A DNA stretch of 64,000 nucleotides, from the NCBI RefSeq assembly GCF_058153355.1, contig NZ_CM177019.1; one strand, given 5' to 3'. Under the pieces are notes generated by a model. That model made no database searches. It was not told where the DNA came from and saw only the letters and a program-made list of their open reading frames with translations. Below are positions 33,887 to 44,032 of this stretch, one piece after another; within the stretch, counting starts at the first letter, position 1; each line of letters opens with the position of its first letter. Position numbers and translations under genes: made by a program.

Positions 33887-34606
33887 CTACCATTTTAAAT
33901 AATTACAAGCAGCAGTGTCTGCTCTATATGAACAGTTTATTTTAGCTGCTTCGTAGCCGATTAAACCTATAATGGGGTTATTGTTCTCATTGTCGTTGTA
34001 AATATCTTTTAGGAGGTTATCTCCTTGTTGGCTGGCCCAGCTCTGAGAGTCATTATTAAAATCATAATAATATTTTGCTGAGAGCAGTTGGACGGGTTGC
34101 TCGGTATCTGGCAAAACGCTCCAGATAATAATTTGCTTAACTCTGATGATTTCATTTTCAGCCTGTTTTTTAGCTGCGCTTAAACCTTCTTTCAATTTTG
34201 AATTGTCTGGTTCTTTCTTAAAACAATAAGGATCACTTCCATTGGCGACACAGGCCTCATTGTATTGGTCTATAGAGCGCTTTGCGCTTTCTATCAAACT
34301 GGCGTAGCCATTAGCAAACCGAGTCATTTCCCTTTTCCAAATGCTATTTGTTGCAGATGCCGACATATCACACGTATAAGTAACAGTCTGGTGTCCTTGT
34401 TCATCGGTTCCATCTTCCCATTTAAACAATTCACATCGCTGGCGATGCTCTAATGCAGTCCCAAGGGTTCTGGTTGAGTCTATATTTGATAATACCTGTG
34501 ATTTTATAATTTCCTGATTGTCTGAAGCGGATACATTATCACAGCCAGTAAGAATAAATATTGAGCAACTGATAAACAATCCAATAAGTACTTTTCTTTT
34601 AGACAT
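33887..34606 (-). CDS. Putative lipoprotein
   Basis: 239-aa ORF with signal peptide and lipobox LTGC (MSKRKVLIGLFISCSIFILTGCDN...). Confidence 0.6.
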   Translation of the reverse strand: MSKRKVLIGLFISCSIFILTGCDNVSASDNQEIIKSQVLSNIDSTRTLGTALEHRQRCELFKWEDGTDEQGHQTVTYTCDMSASATNSIWKREMTRFANGYASLIESAKRSIDQYNEACVANGSDPYCFKKEPDNSKLKEGLSAAKKQAENEIIRVKQIIIWSVLPDTEQPVQLLSAKYYYDFNNDSQSWASQQGDNLLKDIYNDNENNNPIIGLIGYEAAKINCSYRADTAACNYLKW

Positions 34607-34682
34607 GAGTGATTCCTTTTTAAGTTTTGGTAAATTACGTGACCTTGACTAAATCAGGTCTGATAAGATGGTTAATCTGGTT

Positions 34683-35153
34683 TTAATGAATGAAGGGCAT
34701 ATGTTCGATGCCTGTATAAAGTAAATTGCTCCTGGCATTGATCGTATTGGTCAGACAGGCGTGACTTTCAATTTCTTTACCCATAGAGTTCATGACACTG
34801 ATATGAGCATCAGGCTGACCTTTGTACTCTTCATAAGTGATAGCCATAGCGCCTTCTATATTCTCTCCAGTTCCTCGCAATACAAAGACTCTATTGTCAG
34901 TAACATCATTTGCGGTGATGGACTGCTGCGCTTGACCTGAATGAGTATTCAGTTTGATGACTACGCTGCCTTTATCAGAACTTTTATCCTGTGATTTATA
35001 GGTAATATATACGATGTCTTTTTTATGACTCAGTGTCATAACCCCACCAGTATCAAGTGTGCATTTTAGATCCCAGTTTTCCTGACCAGCCAGTGAAGAA
35101 CTGCTTAACAACATTAGTATATAAAAAGATGCTTTTATTTTTACAATATTCAT
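34683..35153 (-). CDS. Putative secreted protein
   Basis: 156-aa ORF with signal peptide MNIVKIKASFYILMLLSSSSLAGQE. Confidence 0.55.
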   Translation of the reverse strand: MNIVKIKASFYILMLLSSSSLAGQENWDLKCTLDTGGVMTLSHKKDIVYITYKSQDKSSDKGSVVIKLNTHSGQAQQSITANDVTDNRVFVLRGTGENIEGAMAITYEEYKGQPDAHISVMNSMGKEIESHACLTNTINARSNLLYTGIEHMPFIH

Positions 35154-35189
35154 ATAGCCTGCTGATTAAGTGGGGCGACTATTCTTAAT

Positions 35190-35945
35190 TTATGAAGCTG
35201 CTCCTCTATTAATACTCTTTATCTGATGAGCAATATTTTTATATGAACGATGATTAGCCGAGTTCATTACATCATGGATATAAGGAAAATGAGGTAAGGA
35301 TGAGATGAACCGCTCACCCGCAGTGAGATGGCAGATGTCATCTCTGCGCACAAAACTCTCTGTGGTTAACTTCACCTGGATGATGCTGGCTACTGGAATA
35401 ACCCTGATTATTTCGGCCTGACAGGCAACTAAATACCATTTTCCTTCCGTGTGAATAAGACGATAAGGTTCAAAGACCGCGTGAGAATCATTGCCAGTCA
35501 GCAAATGAATACAGTTTTGTTGACAGATCGCCTGTATCAGCCGCTGAAAACATTCTGATGATACAACCGAGTCAGAATGCGATGAAGACCAGATAAGGCA
35601 GGGAGAATACGACGTTTCACCCGTGAGGTAATGCATCAACCTGCGATCAGGTGACGGAAATAATTGAGAGATTCCGGTGTTACGCATAAACGCCAGAACA
35701 TCTAATGAACTGTCTGTAAAGCGTTTCCCGTCAAGTCGCCAGCGCCCATTCTCACTAACGATATTAAGGTGGAGTAATCGCTGGTGGAAATCTCGCTGTA
35801 GCGTTCGTTCAGATACTCCAAACTCTTCTGCCAGGTTTTTTAGGTCAAGAGACTCTCCTGACAGTAACCGGCTAATAATCTGTGTCAGCCTGATGGCAAA
35901 CCGGTCATAACGAGTCGATGTAGTGTTCATCAGAAAAACGTCCAT
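35190..35945 (-). CDS. HTH plus WYL domain transcriptional regulator (YfjR-like)
   Basis: N-terminal HTH LSGESLDLKNLAEEFGVSERTLQRDFHQ; WYL signature EGKWYLVACQAE; track ORF begins at an upstream TTG, first ATG with plausible context used. Confidence 0.7.
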   Translation of the reverse strand: MDVFLMNTTSTRYDRFAIRLTQIISRLLSGESLDLKNLAEEFGVSERTLQRDFHQRLLHLNIVSENGRWRLDGKRFTDSSLDVLAFMRNTGISQLFPSPDRRLMHYLTGETSYSPCLIWSSSHSDSVVSSECFQRLIQAICQQNCIHLLTGNDSHAVFEPYRLIHTEGKWYLVACQAEIIRVIPVASIIQVKLTTESFVRRDDICHLTAGERFISSLPHFPYIHDVMNSANHRSYKNIAHQIKSINRGAAS

Positions 35946-36166
35946 GGATAACTTACTGTTTTTAATGATGTTATTATGAATCATGAGCACGACAGGATAT
36001 GTCGTAGTAACGGGAGGAATAGAGAAAAAACGTCCAGACAAATAACTAAGTAATATCCTGATTAACAATAACTATTTTTTCCAGAGACAGAACTGAAGCA
36101 GGTCGCGACATATCCTGTCGCTGAAACTCATAATTTTCAGGTGGCTTAACTCAGTGGGTAGATGTA

Positions 36167-37051
36167 TTAGAAAAACCAGTGCCATATTGCGGTAGCTGCA
36201 TTCTCCAGCCCTTCTCTGAGCACTCCCAACCCGTTGCGTATCATGTTGGGGAGAGGTATGGCCTCCAGAATCCTGCTCAATAATTCTCCCAACAAATCCG
36301 CGAAATCCTTTCGGGCCTTCGTCTCCGATTCTTTGGTGCGATGTTCTTTCCTGATCTGGCGAAAGACGCCACTGGTAGCCTCTGGTGGCAGGGCAAAAAT
36401 CATTGTTTCAACTATACGAGACATGTTGTAACCGGTTTTTGCTGAAACAGCATGCACCGGGTAAGGGGTAAAGAACTGGCGGGAAACGGCAGCACTTCTC
36501 GCTGTGAGCGTCATGAGTTGCTTCACTGAAGGAGATCCTTTTTCACGATCCCATTCCAGTGATGGCTCGGCTTTGTCAGCCTGGTTGATAACAAAAACAA
36601 TGCTGTCTGTCGATACGCCACAATCCAGTAGAAAACGGTGGAATTCTTCGTCTGTGGTACAGGCGCGGTCATCGGCTTTCATCACCCAGAGAATGAGATC
36701 CAGCTTCGGTAACTGTTCCTGATACATCTGGCGATATATCTCATCATGCTTCAGCGATTCACCTGCGCCCGGCAGATCGATCAGCGTCAGGCTGCGTCCT
36801 CCAGCGTTCAGGGTAAAATGCAAAGGTTTACGTGTGCAGCCTTCTGCATGGCTGACTGGGCTGAGAGGATGTTCAAAAAGAGCATTGCAAAGCGAGGATT
36901 TTCCGGCACCTGTTTTGCCCATGATGCCAATCACGGGTTCGTAATGAATACTCTGGCGTATATGCTCCAGAACCAAATCGGAGATATGTTCAGGAAGAAT
37001 GGATAAAGGTTGCTTCAGGACATTAATGCCCCGTTCAAAGGAATCAGACAT
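36167..37051 (-). CDS. P-loop GTPase (YfjP/YeeP/YkfA family)
   Basis: Walker A GIMGKTGAGKSS, DLPG and NQADK GTPase motifs; start at internal Met19. Confidence 0.8.
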   Translation of the reverse strand: MSDSFERGINVLKQPLSILPEHISDLVLEHIRQSIHYEPVIGIMGKTGAGKSSLCNALFEHPLSPVSHAEGCTRKPLHFTLNAGGRSLTLIDLPGAGESLKHDEIYRQMYQEQLPKLDLILWVMKADDRACTTDEEFHRFLLDCGVSTDSIVFVINQADKAEPSLEWDREKGSPSVKQLMTLTARSAAVSRQFFTPYPVHAVSAKTGYNMSRIVETMIFALPPEATSGVFRQIRKEHRTKESETKARKDFADLLGELLSRILEAIPLPNMIRNGLGVLREGLENAATAIWHWFF

Positions 37052-37215
37052 GTAGCCTCCGGAATGAAAAAATTCGATACAGCAACTTCGCTGCAATGTA
37101 TTCATTGCGGTAATACAGGTCTGTTTTTTTTTGCATTCGAATTACGGGGAGGAATGTGGTTTTGTGGAGCAAACCGGGGGCATTGCCCCGGTTCACTGAT
37201 ATGGTGAAATGATAT

Positions 37216-37455
37216 CTAACGTCGCATTACCCATTCATTCAGTTCTGACTCCAGCCAGCCAACGGATTGCCTTCCCAAGCGTTTTTGTTTTGGAAATGTT
37301 CCATCGTAGCGTGGCGATTTTGGATTAAGCCAGTCGTATATGGTTGAGCGTGAAATTCCCATTTTTTTCATTACATCTTTTAGCCTCAAGATCCTCGGTG
37401 AATCAGGAATATTTGCGTAACTGGATGTATGTAAGGAGGGAGGGTTCTGTAACAT
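37216..37455 (-). CDS. alpA: AlpA-family prophage regulatory protein
   Basis: 79-aa ORF with STIYDWLNPKSPRYDGTFPK HTH region. Confidence 0.75.
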   Translation of the reverse strand: MLQNPPSLHTSSYANIPDSPRILRLKDVMKKMGISRSTIYDWLNPKSPRYDGTFPKQKRLGRQSVGWLESELNEWVMRR

Positions 37456-37568
37456 CTAGGCTTCCTTAGTATGAGTTTGTTCGGGTGGGTCCATATTGCC
37501 AACCACGCTGGGGCTGTCATACACTGGAAGTAACATTAAAATAAAATCACTTTAGGGATTTACTTTTC

Positions 37569-38450
37569 ATGAAGGATGTGGGTGCGAATTTTTTTGATGA
37601 TTTCTATCTGCAAGTTTGTACCGCTTGTGAGGACAAACTTCTTGAGCTGGAATGGAAACTTGAAGTCGAAAAAAAGGAGAGCAACCAAGATGTTCTGCGC
37701 ACTTACAGGCAAAGAGCCTATGATAAAATTGAAGAATTTAAAATTATTGAGTATTCAAAAATACAATGTCAATATTTTGTAGATATGACTAATAGCGACA
37801 ATATACGCTACTCACAAGAGTTTATAAATGTTGATGGAATAATGGTTGAGAAACCTTTTATTTATAAGGAAACATATGCAGAATATCGGATTGAAATTCG
37901 AGGAAAAATGGACGGGTATAAACTGACAGGATTAGCAAGACTATATGATGCACATTATGAATATATATATCTATCTATGGCTTTAGAAGATTTTTACTGG
38001 GCGCAGTTCCAATATTCATTGGGCAATAAAAAAGAAAGTTGTAAGTTTCTTCTTGATGCTTATTCTTATATGAATGTCTGTATTTCGCGAGATGATAACC
38101 GAGACTCACCGAGTTTTCATCGATTAAGAAGTGGTTTTGATAAAGTATGCAGAAGAGCGCGCTCAAGCGCTGGAGGGAAAAATAAACTTGCAGAACTTGA
38201 ATATATTAAAGATACAGTTGTTATCTTACTTGAAGATATTCCTTCACATAGCGACTGGAAAAATAAACGTCAACTTCTTGAATATTTAATGCCCTATATT
38301 TGTAATAATGATAAAAAGGTCAATCCAGATAAATGGATAAATGATACAGGCGATAGAGAGGAAACTATCCGCCGCAGACTTAATAAATGGTTTACAGGTG
38401 ATCTAAAAGTAGAGATTGATAAAGTCCTAAAGAACAATACTAACAATTAA
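37569..38450 (+). CDS. Hypothetical protein (AT-rich island cargo)
   Basis: 293-aa ORF, no recognisable motif, soluble. Confidence 0.5.
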   Translation: MKDVGANFFDDFYLQVCTACEDKLLELEWKLEVEKKESNQDVLRTYRQRAYDKIEEFKIIEYSKIQCQYFVDMTNSDNIRYSQEFINVDGIMVEKPFIYKETYAEYRIEIRGKMDGYKLTGLARLYDAHYEYIYLSMALEDFYWAQFQYSLGNKKESCKFLLDAYSYMNVCISRDDNRDSPSFHRLRSGFDKVCRRARSSAGGKNKLAELEYIKDTVVILLEDIPSHSDWKNKRQLLEYLMPYICNNDKKVNPDKWINDTGDREETIRRRLNKWFTGDLKVEIDKVLKNNTNN

Positions 38451-38717
38451 TATTATTATGGTTTTGATATTTTTATGTCTATCAGGAGGGCTACTATACG
38501 ATCAGTCTTGATGGGTTTGAAATTACATCGCTATGAAAATACCCCACATAAATCTATTGGAAAACCAATCATTGTTAATATGACTATTGTTATGATGACT
38601 GTTGTAATTGTGTCTACACGAGAAATTGAATGAAATTTATAGGTTTGAAGTAGCCTTAGTGGTAGTCGAAAATAATTATGTAAATGGGCCTGCATTTTGC
38701 AAGAAGGCCCATTTACG

Positions 38718-39047
38718 TCAGGGGTAAATTATATATCCCATAATCGCACAGATTAACCGGTAATCACTCACGTAGAAGATTTCCGGATTCTCAGTGCTTT
38801 GTTCACCGATAAAGAAGACTTGAGCTCTCTCTTTAGCTTTTTTATTTACTGCTTCTTTTGCTTCTTCCTGCACAGTTTCAAGCTCATTCAAAAGCATAGT
38901 CTTTTTGGCTTTTGACCAGTCTCCCCACTCAATGTGTAGTTTATAGCTACGCGAGGGCTTAAACTTACCAGATTCGTCTTTTGCCCATTCTCCCGAGAGC
39001 GGAATGACAATTCGGTTTTCGTCTTGCTCAAATTTCTGCCATAACAA
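38718..39047 (-). CDS. Hypothetical small protein (doubtful)
   Basis: 109-aa ORF beginning with TTG and no RBS; only internal ATG at Met51. Confidence 0.25.
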   Translation of the reverse strand: MLWQKFEQDENRIVIPLSGEWAKDESGKFKPSRSYKLHIEWGDWSKAKKTMLLNELETVQEEAKEAVNKKAKERAQVFFIGEQSTENPEIFYVSDYRLICAIMGYIIYP

Positions 39048-39094
39048 CTGCGAATAAAAAACTCGGCGCTCAGGGTAGGGTTGAACCGGGTCTT

Positions 39095-39628
39095 TTAGTT
39101 TTTTAACACGGTCATGTAAGTATCGGCATTAATACCTGGGATAATTAATGACATACCACGGTCATACGGGAAGCGAATAAATGCCCTACAAATCTGGCGA
39201 ATAGCATTAACCGGGCGGCGGGATTGCCGCGCTGGAGCATTTCCCTCGCTGGATGCCGATGTTGTAGAACGTATTGGATTGGGTTTGTTGTTGTTACCAG
39301 TAGTGTCAGGATCAACAACGGGTCGATTTTCAATCAGTTTTAATCCTGCAGGCATCAAACCTGGTGCGCTATCTAACATGCGGCGGACGCTTTTCTTCTG
39401 CCCCTGTTTAACCACTGTGCTTTCTGCATCAGCATCGCAATTAATGTGCTCTTTTCCAGGCATTTTATTAAACGAAGGTCTTTTCTTACTTCCTTTTTGC
39501 CAAGCAGAAGGATACATCTCAATCCCACATCCCCAGCATACGTAACTGTTCGTATCTACAACATCAAGTAACCAAAGATCTTCTGCCTCAATAATCTCAC
39601 TGGTATATTTATCACGTGCAGATTCCAT
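39095..39628 (-). CDS. Hypothetical protein downstream of the STAND NTPase gene
   Basis: 177-aa ORF with strong RBS AAAGGAGA 4 nt before ATG; 45 bp after the upstream stop; Cys/His cluster CWGCG...HINC. Confidence 0.5.
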   Translation of the reverse strand: MESARDKYTSEIIEAEDLWLLDVVDTNSYVCWGCGIEMYPSAWQKGSKKRPSFNKMPGKEHINCDADAESTVVKQGQKKSVRRMLDSAPGLMPAGLKLIENRPVVDPDTTGNNNKPNPIRSTTSASSEGNAPARQSRRPVNAIRQICRAFIRFPYDRGMSLIIPGINADTYMTVLKN

Positions 39629-39673
39629 GATTTCTCCTTTAAACAGAATTCCTGTGAAGGCGGCTACTAGCCT

Positions 39674-42600
39674 TCATTCAAACCGTTGTTCCAATGCCTC
39701 ATCTTCCAATCGCTCGCGTTCTTTTTCCTTTTCAACCCAGTTAGTCAGTTTTTTATAAACAGCTCTAGCCGACTTAGAAATGTCTGCACGCTCGTGGGTG
39801 ACCAACCGGCCTATCGCTTCAACCCTGGGTTGCATCACGTTCGCACGACTACCGGACCATGATGAAGGTGCTACGTGTTCGGCAAAGATCTCAAGGACGG
39901 CTCGTGGCTCGGGTGAGGCTTCTAGAAATCTCAGAGCATCATCCTGCAAGCAAATAGGACTTTGCTCCCCGTCTTTTGACCATAGATTAATACCTGAAGC
40001 GACTGAAGCCCAAACCTGAGGGTCTTTAGTGGTCCCGCACCATTCAATCAAAATATCTACATCGATTTTCGCAATAGGAGACTGATGTGAATCATCATGA
40101 TTGATGAAATGCAGCCGCCTCTGTTGTTGATCCTCCGTACCATCAAAAATGCGACTGAGAAATTCTTTTGGCATCCATGCAGCGGTGATACCGATAGCGT
40201 CTTCGAAAGAAAAAATGTAGCCAAAATGCTCATCAACAACAGCAAAGATTGTATTCAGCCATTCTAGCTTTTCAGCCTCGTTGCCATCGAAGCGCAATGT
40301 GGCATCGATAACACGTTCCATTGCATAATCCAGATATCCGCCGAGATCGTTGTGATCTCTTTGGAACCTCTGGATTGCAGCGGATAGTCCAATTGTTCGT
40401 AGCGCAAGACCTAGTGTATCCGTAGCATCTCCTTTATCAGGTAGTTTCATACTCAATGCTTCCAATACTACTTCATCACCATTCGGTTTACTCAGCAGCC
40501 TTTGAGCAAGCTCGAGAACCCTGCTTTCTGGCAAATTAGAGAATTGCTCACCCCACAGAATTGCCCCATACATATGGGGCCGTATGTCAGAGTCATCCAG
40601 AAGCGACATGCAACGATCCAGATCGATTTCAGTAAACTCCTGCCAAGGATGTAGGTTGACTAATTCGAATCGAAGTTCGGAATGTTGTGCGCACTGATCG
40701 AGCAGTTCCTGCGCTAATGCTTTATCGATAGAATTCGTCTCTTCTATGAAACCTCGAATAACAGAAAAATCACTTTGAGATTTATGCTGTAGATTCATTT
40801 GAGTGATAAGTTTCTGCCAATAAACTCGTAGGTCAGGTGCTCCTTTAGCTAAGCCTTTACCGAATTCGACGCGATAGGGCATCCCATCTCGTAAGAATAA
40901 ATTAGGGCCTAACTCATCAAGTTCATGCGTGGATACTGCAAAGTCTTGCCCTAACTGGAACGCTTTTGCGTTAAGTATTTCCTTTATTTTTATGAATTTG
41001 TTAGGCCCCTCACGCTCAAAATCGGCATTCAGCGCCCAAAAATCACGCCCCTTACTGAGTACATAAGCCATAACTGCCGGAACCAAGTCATTAGGCTCCA
41101 ATTCTCGTTCCAATGTCACAAGTCCTTCCGGCAAAGGAGCTAAATCTTCGTTGTCATTTCTTTTGGTATGGGAAAAGTAAATTGTTGAGCGGACCGCTTT
41201 CCAGCCTTCACCCCAAGGACGATGGGCATGTAATTTGCGAGCCGCATCAATTAATTTTGACCTCATTCCTTCCTGACGCCAAATCCAGCGAAATTTATTA
41301 GCTAAGATCAGCCGAGCATCATCTTCAAGTTCGGGAACTCTTGAAGTTGCTAATCTCACCACAATGTCGATGAAGGTGATTAGCCACTCAACAAGCTCAT
41401 CGTAGCTGGGTCGAAATCCATAATCTCTTGGCCGAGCACCAAACTCATTAATCCCGAATCCTGTCCACGGTGGTCCGCCGAGAGCAGTTTCAAGCATTTC
41501 GAGCCCCAGCCTTCTACGTCCGGCCATACTTGAACCAATGCATTCATCCATGACCGCAACACGTTGTTCTAAAGAGGCATGGGTACCGGATAGATAAGGT
41601 TGGAAAAACCTCTTTATCTTATTTCGAGCCGAATCATAATTATTGCTCGCGCTTTCCTGATCTGCGATACGGATTAAGAGCTTAATGCATCGTTCAAAGT
41701 ATTTCGATTCATATGCAAGTAACTGCAACAATTTGATAATTGCTGTTCGTTGTGGGTTGTAGCGTGATTTAAAATGCTCAAAATTAGACGTAACAAGTGT
41801 TTCTTCAATCCGCTCAAGCAAAGCTCCCGGGGCGACTGGAGCGACATAATTCAGAATGCGTGTCGAAACATCATCTAGGTCTATTATTTTTCCAAGCAGC
41901 CCTTCGGGCTGTAACCAAGCTTCAACAATCTCTTTAGCCACAGCATGGCTGTGCAATAGTCCCAACCTGTGCGCGAACGACATCAATAATCGTTGTCGAT
42001 CCGGAGCTTCAAAGGTCGTCCTAAGTTGATCAATCGGAATACTATTAAGTGCAGATGCTGCCAACTTGTTAGCAATGGCATGGGGAAGGATGGCTCTCCA
42101 GTGGGATCTTTTCTGAACAACGTGACGTTCCATCAACTTCGTAACAGTTTTGAATAACTGGATTTTGGGATACCCAGAGAGCGCACCCAATATTTCCAGT
42201 TCATCGGTAGCTGCATCTGAACTAGATATTGAGAACGAATACACCAGTGACAATATTTCAGCTTGCTCCCGTAAATGGCCGTCGGGATGATTACGTTGTT
42301 CAAACAAGCGATTAAACAACTGCGCATCTGAAAGTAGGGCTAAACTCTCACCTTCCTCCACTCTTTCCGCTATAGCCAAAGCCACTCTTGCATTCCCATC
42401 TGCGAACTTTGCAATCCGACGGGCATTATTCTGACCAATAGAAGGGAAGCGACGGATAAGAAGTTGCTCTGCCACCTCTGGACCATCTGTCTCAATGTGG
42501 ATGACCTCAGTTGTCTGTGGTTTGTCATCCCTAATGTCGTACTCGATCGTGATGAGACTTACTTCTTTCCCTGCGGCTGATACTTTGCTGGCAAGCGAAG

Positions 42601-43525
42601 CATGGAGTTCTGATGGGCAATTATCAAGGATCATAATTGCTCGTCGGCCTTCAGCGAGCAGGTTATCAAGCATTGCTGTAGCCGACGGTACTGGCTCATA
42701 GCCAGTATCAACATAAATAGCTACTGTCCGGTCAAGCGCATCTGTTCCAACAGTATCATCAAAGAGCGCCTGAACGATTCGAGTCTTCCCAACACCAGAC
42801 AATCCTGTAATACGAACAGCCTTATTCGTCGAACGGATCAGTGCTCGCATTGGGTTAATTGCTTCATCAATTTTGAGTTTTTGCCCCTTTCCCGATGGTA
42901 AAGTAATGGTTACGCTTGGGGCTGAGATTAAAGTGTCTGTAACACCTTGTGGTGGATTGCTCCAGGCTCCGTAGGGTTGCCAACCGGAATACCCTTGCCC
43001 AAGCTTTGCTTTTACCCACAGCATGACTGATGGATGTTGGCGCAACCATTGGATGAGTTTGGAGCGGTCGTAGAAATCAAGATGAAGATAACTTTCGTTA
43101 GGATCATCTTTTACTGCATCTCTCATCGCTTTGAGACGATTCTTCTTTCCTGACGGCGAGCAATCATCACCCAGGCTGACAATGATGTAACTGCCTTGCT
43201 TTCTGGCTTGTTCAGAAATGATGGGAGAAAGTGCTTTTCCGGTGCCAATTTCCCTCTCGATTGCAGCCTTAGGCATCTTATGTTTCTTTGCCTGAAAGAC
43301 CGTATCAGGTCTTACAAGAAAGCCTGCTTTCAGTTGATCAACTGGAACCTGAACATGGATGTCAATTCCTCCGTCAGGGGCTGTAATTGAACCAGACCAA
43401 TTTACACATGCTGGGCTATGGCCGTGCATTGCCACTTCAGCTTCTGCTAGCCGAGCGATCAGCTCTTCCAACTGGATATCGGAGAGCCGAAGTAATTCGT
43501 CCTTTTCAATGTCAAAGATTGCCAC
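39674..43525 (-). CDS. STAND-type P-loop NTPase with N-terminal Mrr-like PD-(D/E)xK nuclease motif (Avs-like candidate)
   Basis: 1283-aa ORF (GTG start); DGGIDIH...VFQAKKH Mrr_cat-like motif near residues 50-80; Walker A GLSGVGKT near residue 245; Walker B-like AIMILDNC; about 900 aa of helical C-terminus. Confidence 0.6.
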   Translation of the reverse strand: MAIFDIEKDELLRLSDIQLEELIARLAEAEVAMHGHSPACVNWSGSITAPDGGIDIHVQVPVDQLKAGFLVRPDTVFQAKKHKMPKAAIEREIGTGKALSPIISEQARKQGSYIIVSLGDDCSPSGKKNRLKAMRDAVKDDPNESYLHLDFYDRSKLIQWLRQHPSVMLWVKAKLGQGYSGWQPYGAWSNPPQGVTDTLISAPSVTITLPSGKGQKLKIDEAINPMRALIRSTNKAVRITGLSGVGKTRIVQALFDDTVGTDALDRTVAIYVDTGYEPVPSATAMLDNLLAEGRRAIMILDNCPSELHASLASKVSAAGKEVSLITIEYDIRDDKPQTTEVIHIETDGPEVAEQLLIRRFPSIGQNNARRIAKFADGNARVALAIAERVEEGESLALLSDAQLFNRLFEQRNHPDGHLREQAEILSLVYSFSISSSDAATDELEILGALSGYPKIQLFKTVTKLMERHVVQKRSHWRAILPHAIANKLAASALNSIPIDQLRTTFEAPDRQRLLMSFAHRLGLLHSHAVAKEIVEAWLQPEGLLGKIIDLDDVSTRILNYVAPVAPGALLERIEETLVTSNFEHFKSRYNPQRTAIIKLLQLLAYESKYFERCIKLLIRIADQESASNNYDSARNKIKRFFQPYLSGTHASLEQRVAVMDECIGSSMAGRRRLGLEMLETALGGPPWTGFGINEFGARPRDYGFRPSYDELVEWLITFIDIVVRLATSRVPELEDDARLILANKFRWIWRQEGMRSKLIDAARKLHAHRPWGEGWKAVRSTIYFSHTKRNDNEDLAPLPEGLVTLERELEPNDLVPAVMAYVLSKGRDFWALNADFEREGPNKFIKIKEILNAKAFQLGQDFAVSTHELDELGPNLFLRDGMPYRVEFGKGLAKGAPDLRVYWQKLITQMNLQHKSQSDFSVIRGFIEETNSIDKALAQELLDQCAQHSELRFELVNLHPWQEFTEIDLDRCMSLLDDSDIRPHMYGAILWGEQFSNLPESRVLELAQRLLSKPNGDEVVLEALSMKLPDKGDATDTLGLALRTIGLSAAIQRFQRDHNDLGGYLDYAMERVIDATLRFDGNEAEKLEWLNTIFAVVDEHFGYIFSFEDAIGITAAWMPKEFLSRIFDGTEDQQQRRLHFINHDDSHQSPIAKIDVDILIEWCGTTKDPQVWASVASGINLWSKDGEQSPICLQDDALRFLEASPEPRAVLEIFAEHVAPSSWSGSRANVMQPRVEAIGRLVTHERADISKSARAVYKKLTNWVEKEKERERLEDEALEQRFE

Positions 43526-43991
43526 ATCCTAACCCTATTAAAGATACTGCGACTATATAAAAAGTTACCCTTATTCTAACCAATGACAGAAGGAATGTCC
43601 CTTAAACCGTTGCAATTAAAACCATTCTCATCAAGTAGTTAAGATTTTCTTACTCAGCACTATGATGTTGATCTTACCCACTTTGCGTCAAACTATTAGT
43701 ATGTATAAAGCACATTGCTGGCCTGATTAAGAAATGGATTGATATGTGAGTTAATGTCATTTATGAGCTTAAAGCTATTTTTAATCCCCTTTGCTTTACA
43801 ACTCTTTATATTATTTCATTCTTATTTACACCAATATTTATTGGTATGATGGTTTAATTTAATTCATTTTTGTTTTTTTGTTTGAAGCACATTGAAAGGA
43901 TATTATTATTTTCTCCTTCATGTTGAAAACAATTTAATTGGGCGGGTTTGGTTCGATATTATTAATATCTTTTTCAAAGAAATTATTTATA

Positions 43992-44000
43992 TGGTATAAT
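43992..44000 (+). promoter_or_regulatory. Candidate extended -10 promoter for the nuclease-helicase operon
   Basis: TGgTATAAT 33 bp upstream of ATG 44033 in an AT-rich divergent intergenic region; RBS AAGAGGG at 44022-44028. Confidence 0.4.
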
Positions 44001-44032
44001 GCAATAAAATCGTATTGAGGTAAGAGGGTACT

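Noticed and set aside
38682-38714. Hairpin AAATGGGCC...GGCCCATTT between the convergent 293-aa and 109-aa ORFs as a terminator
   Set aside because: Loop is about 15 nt and no clear T-run follows on either strand; too weak to call
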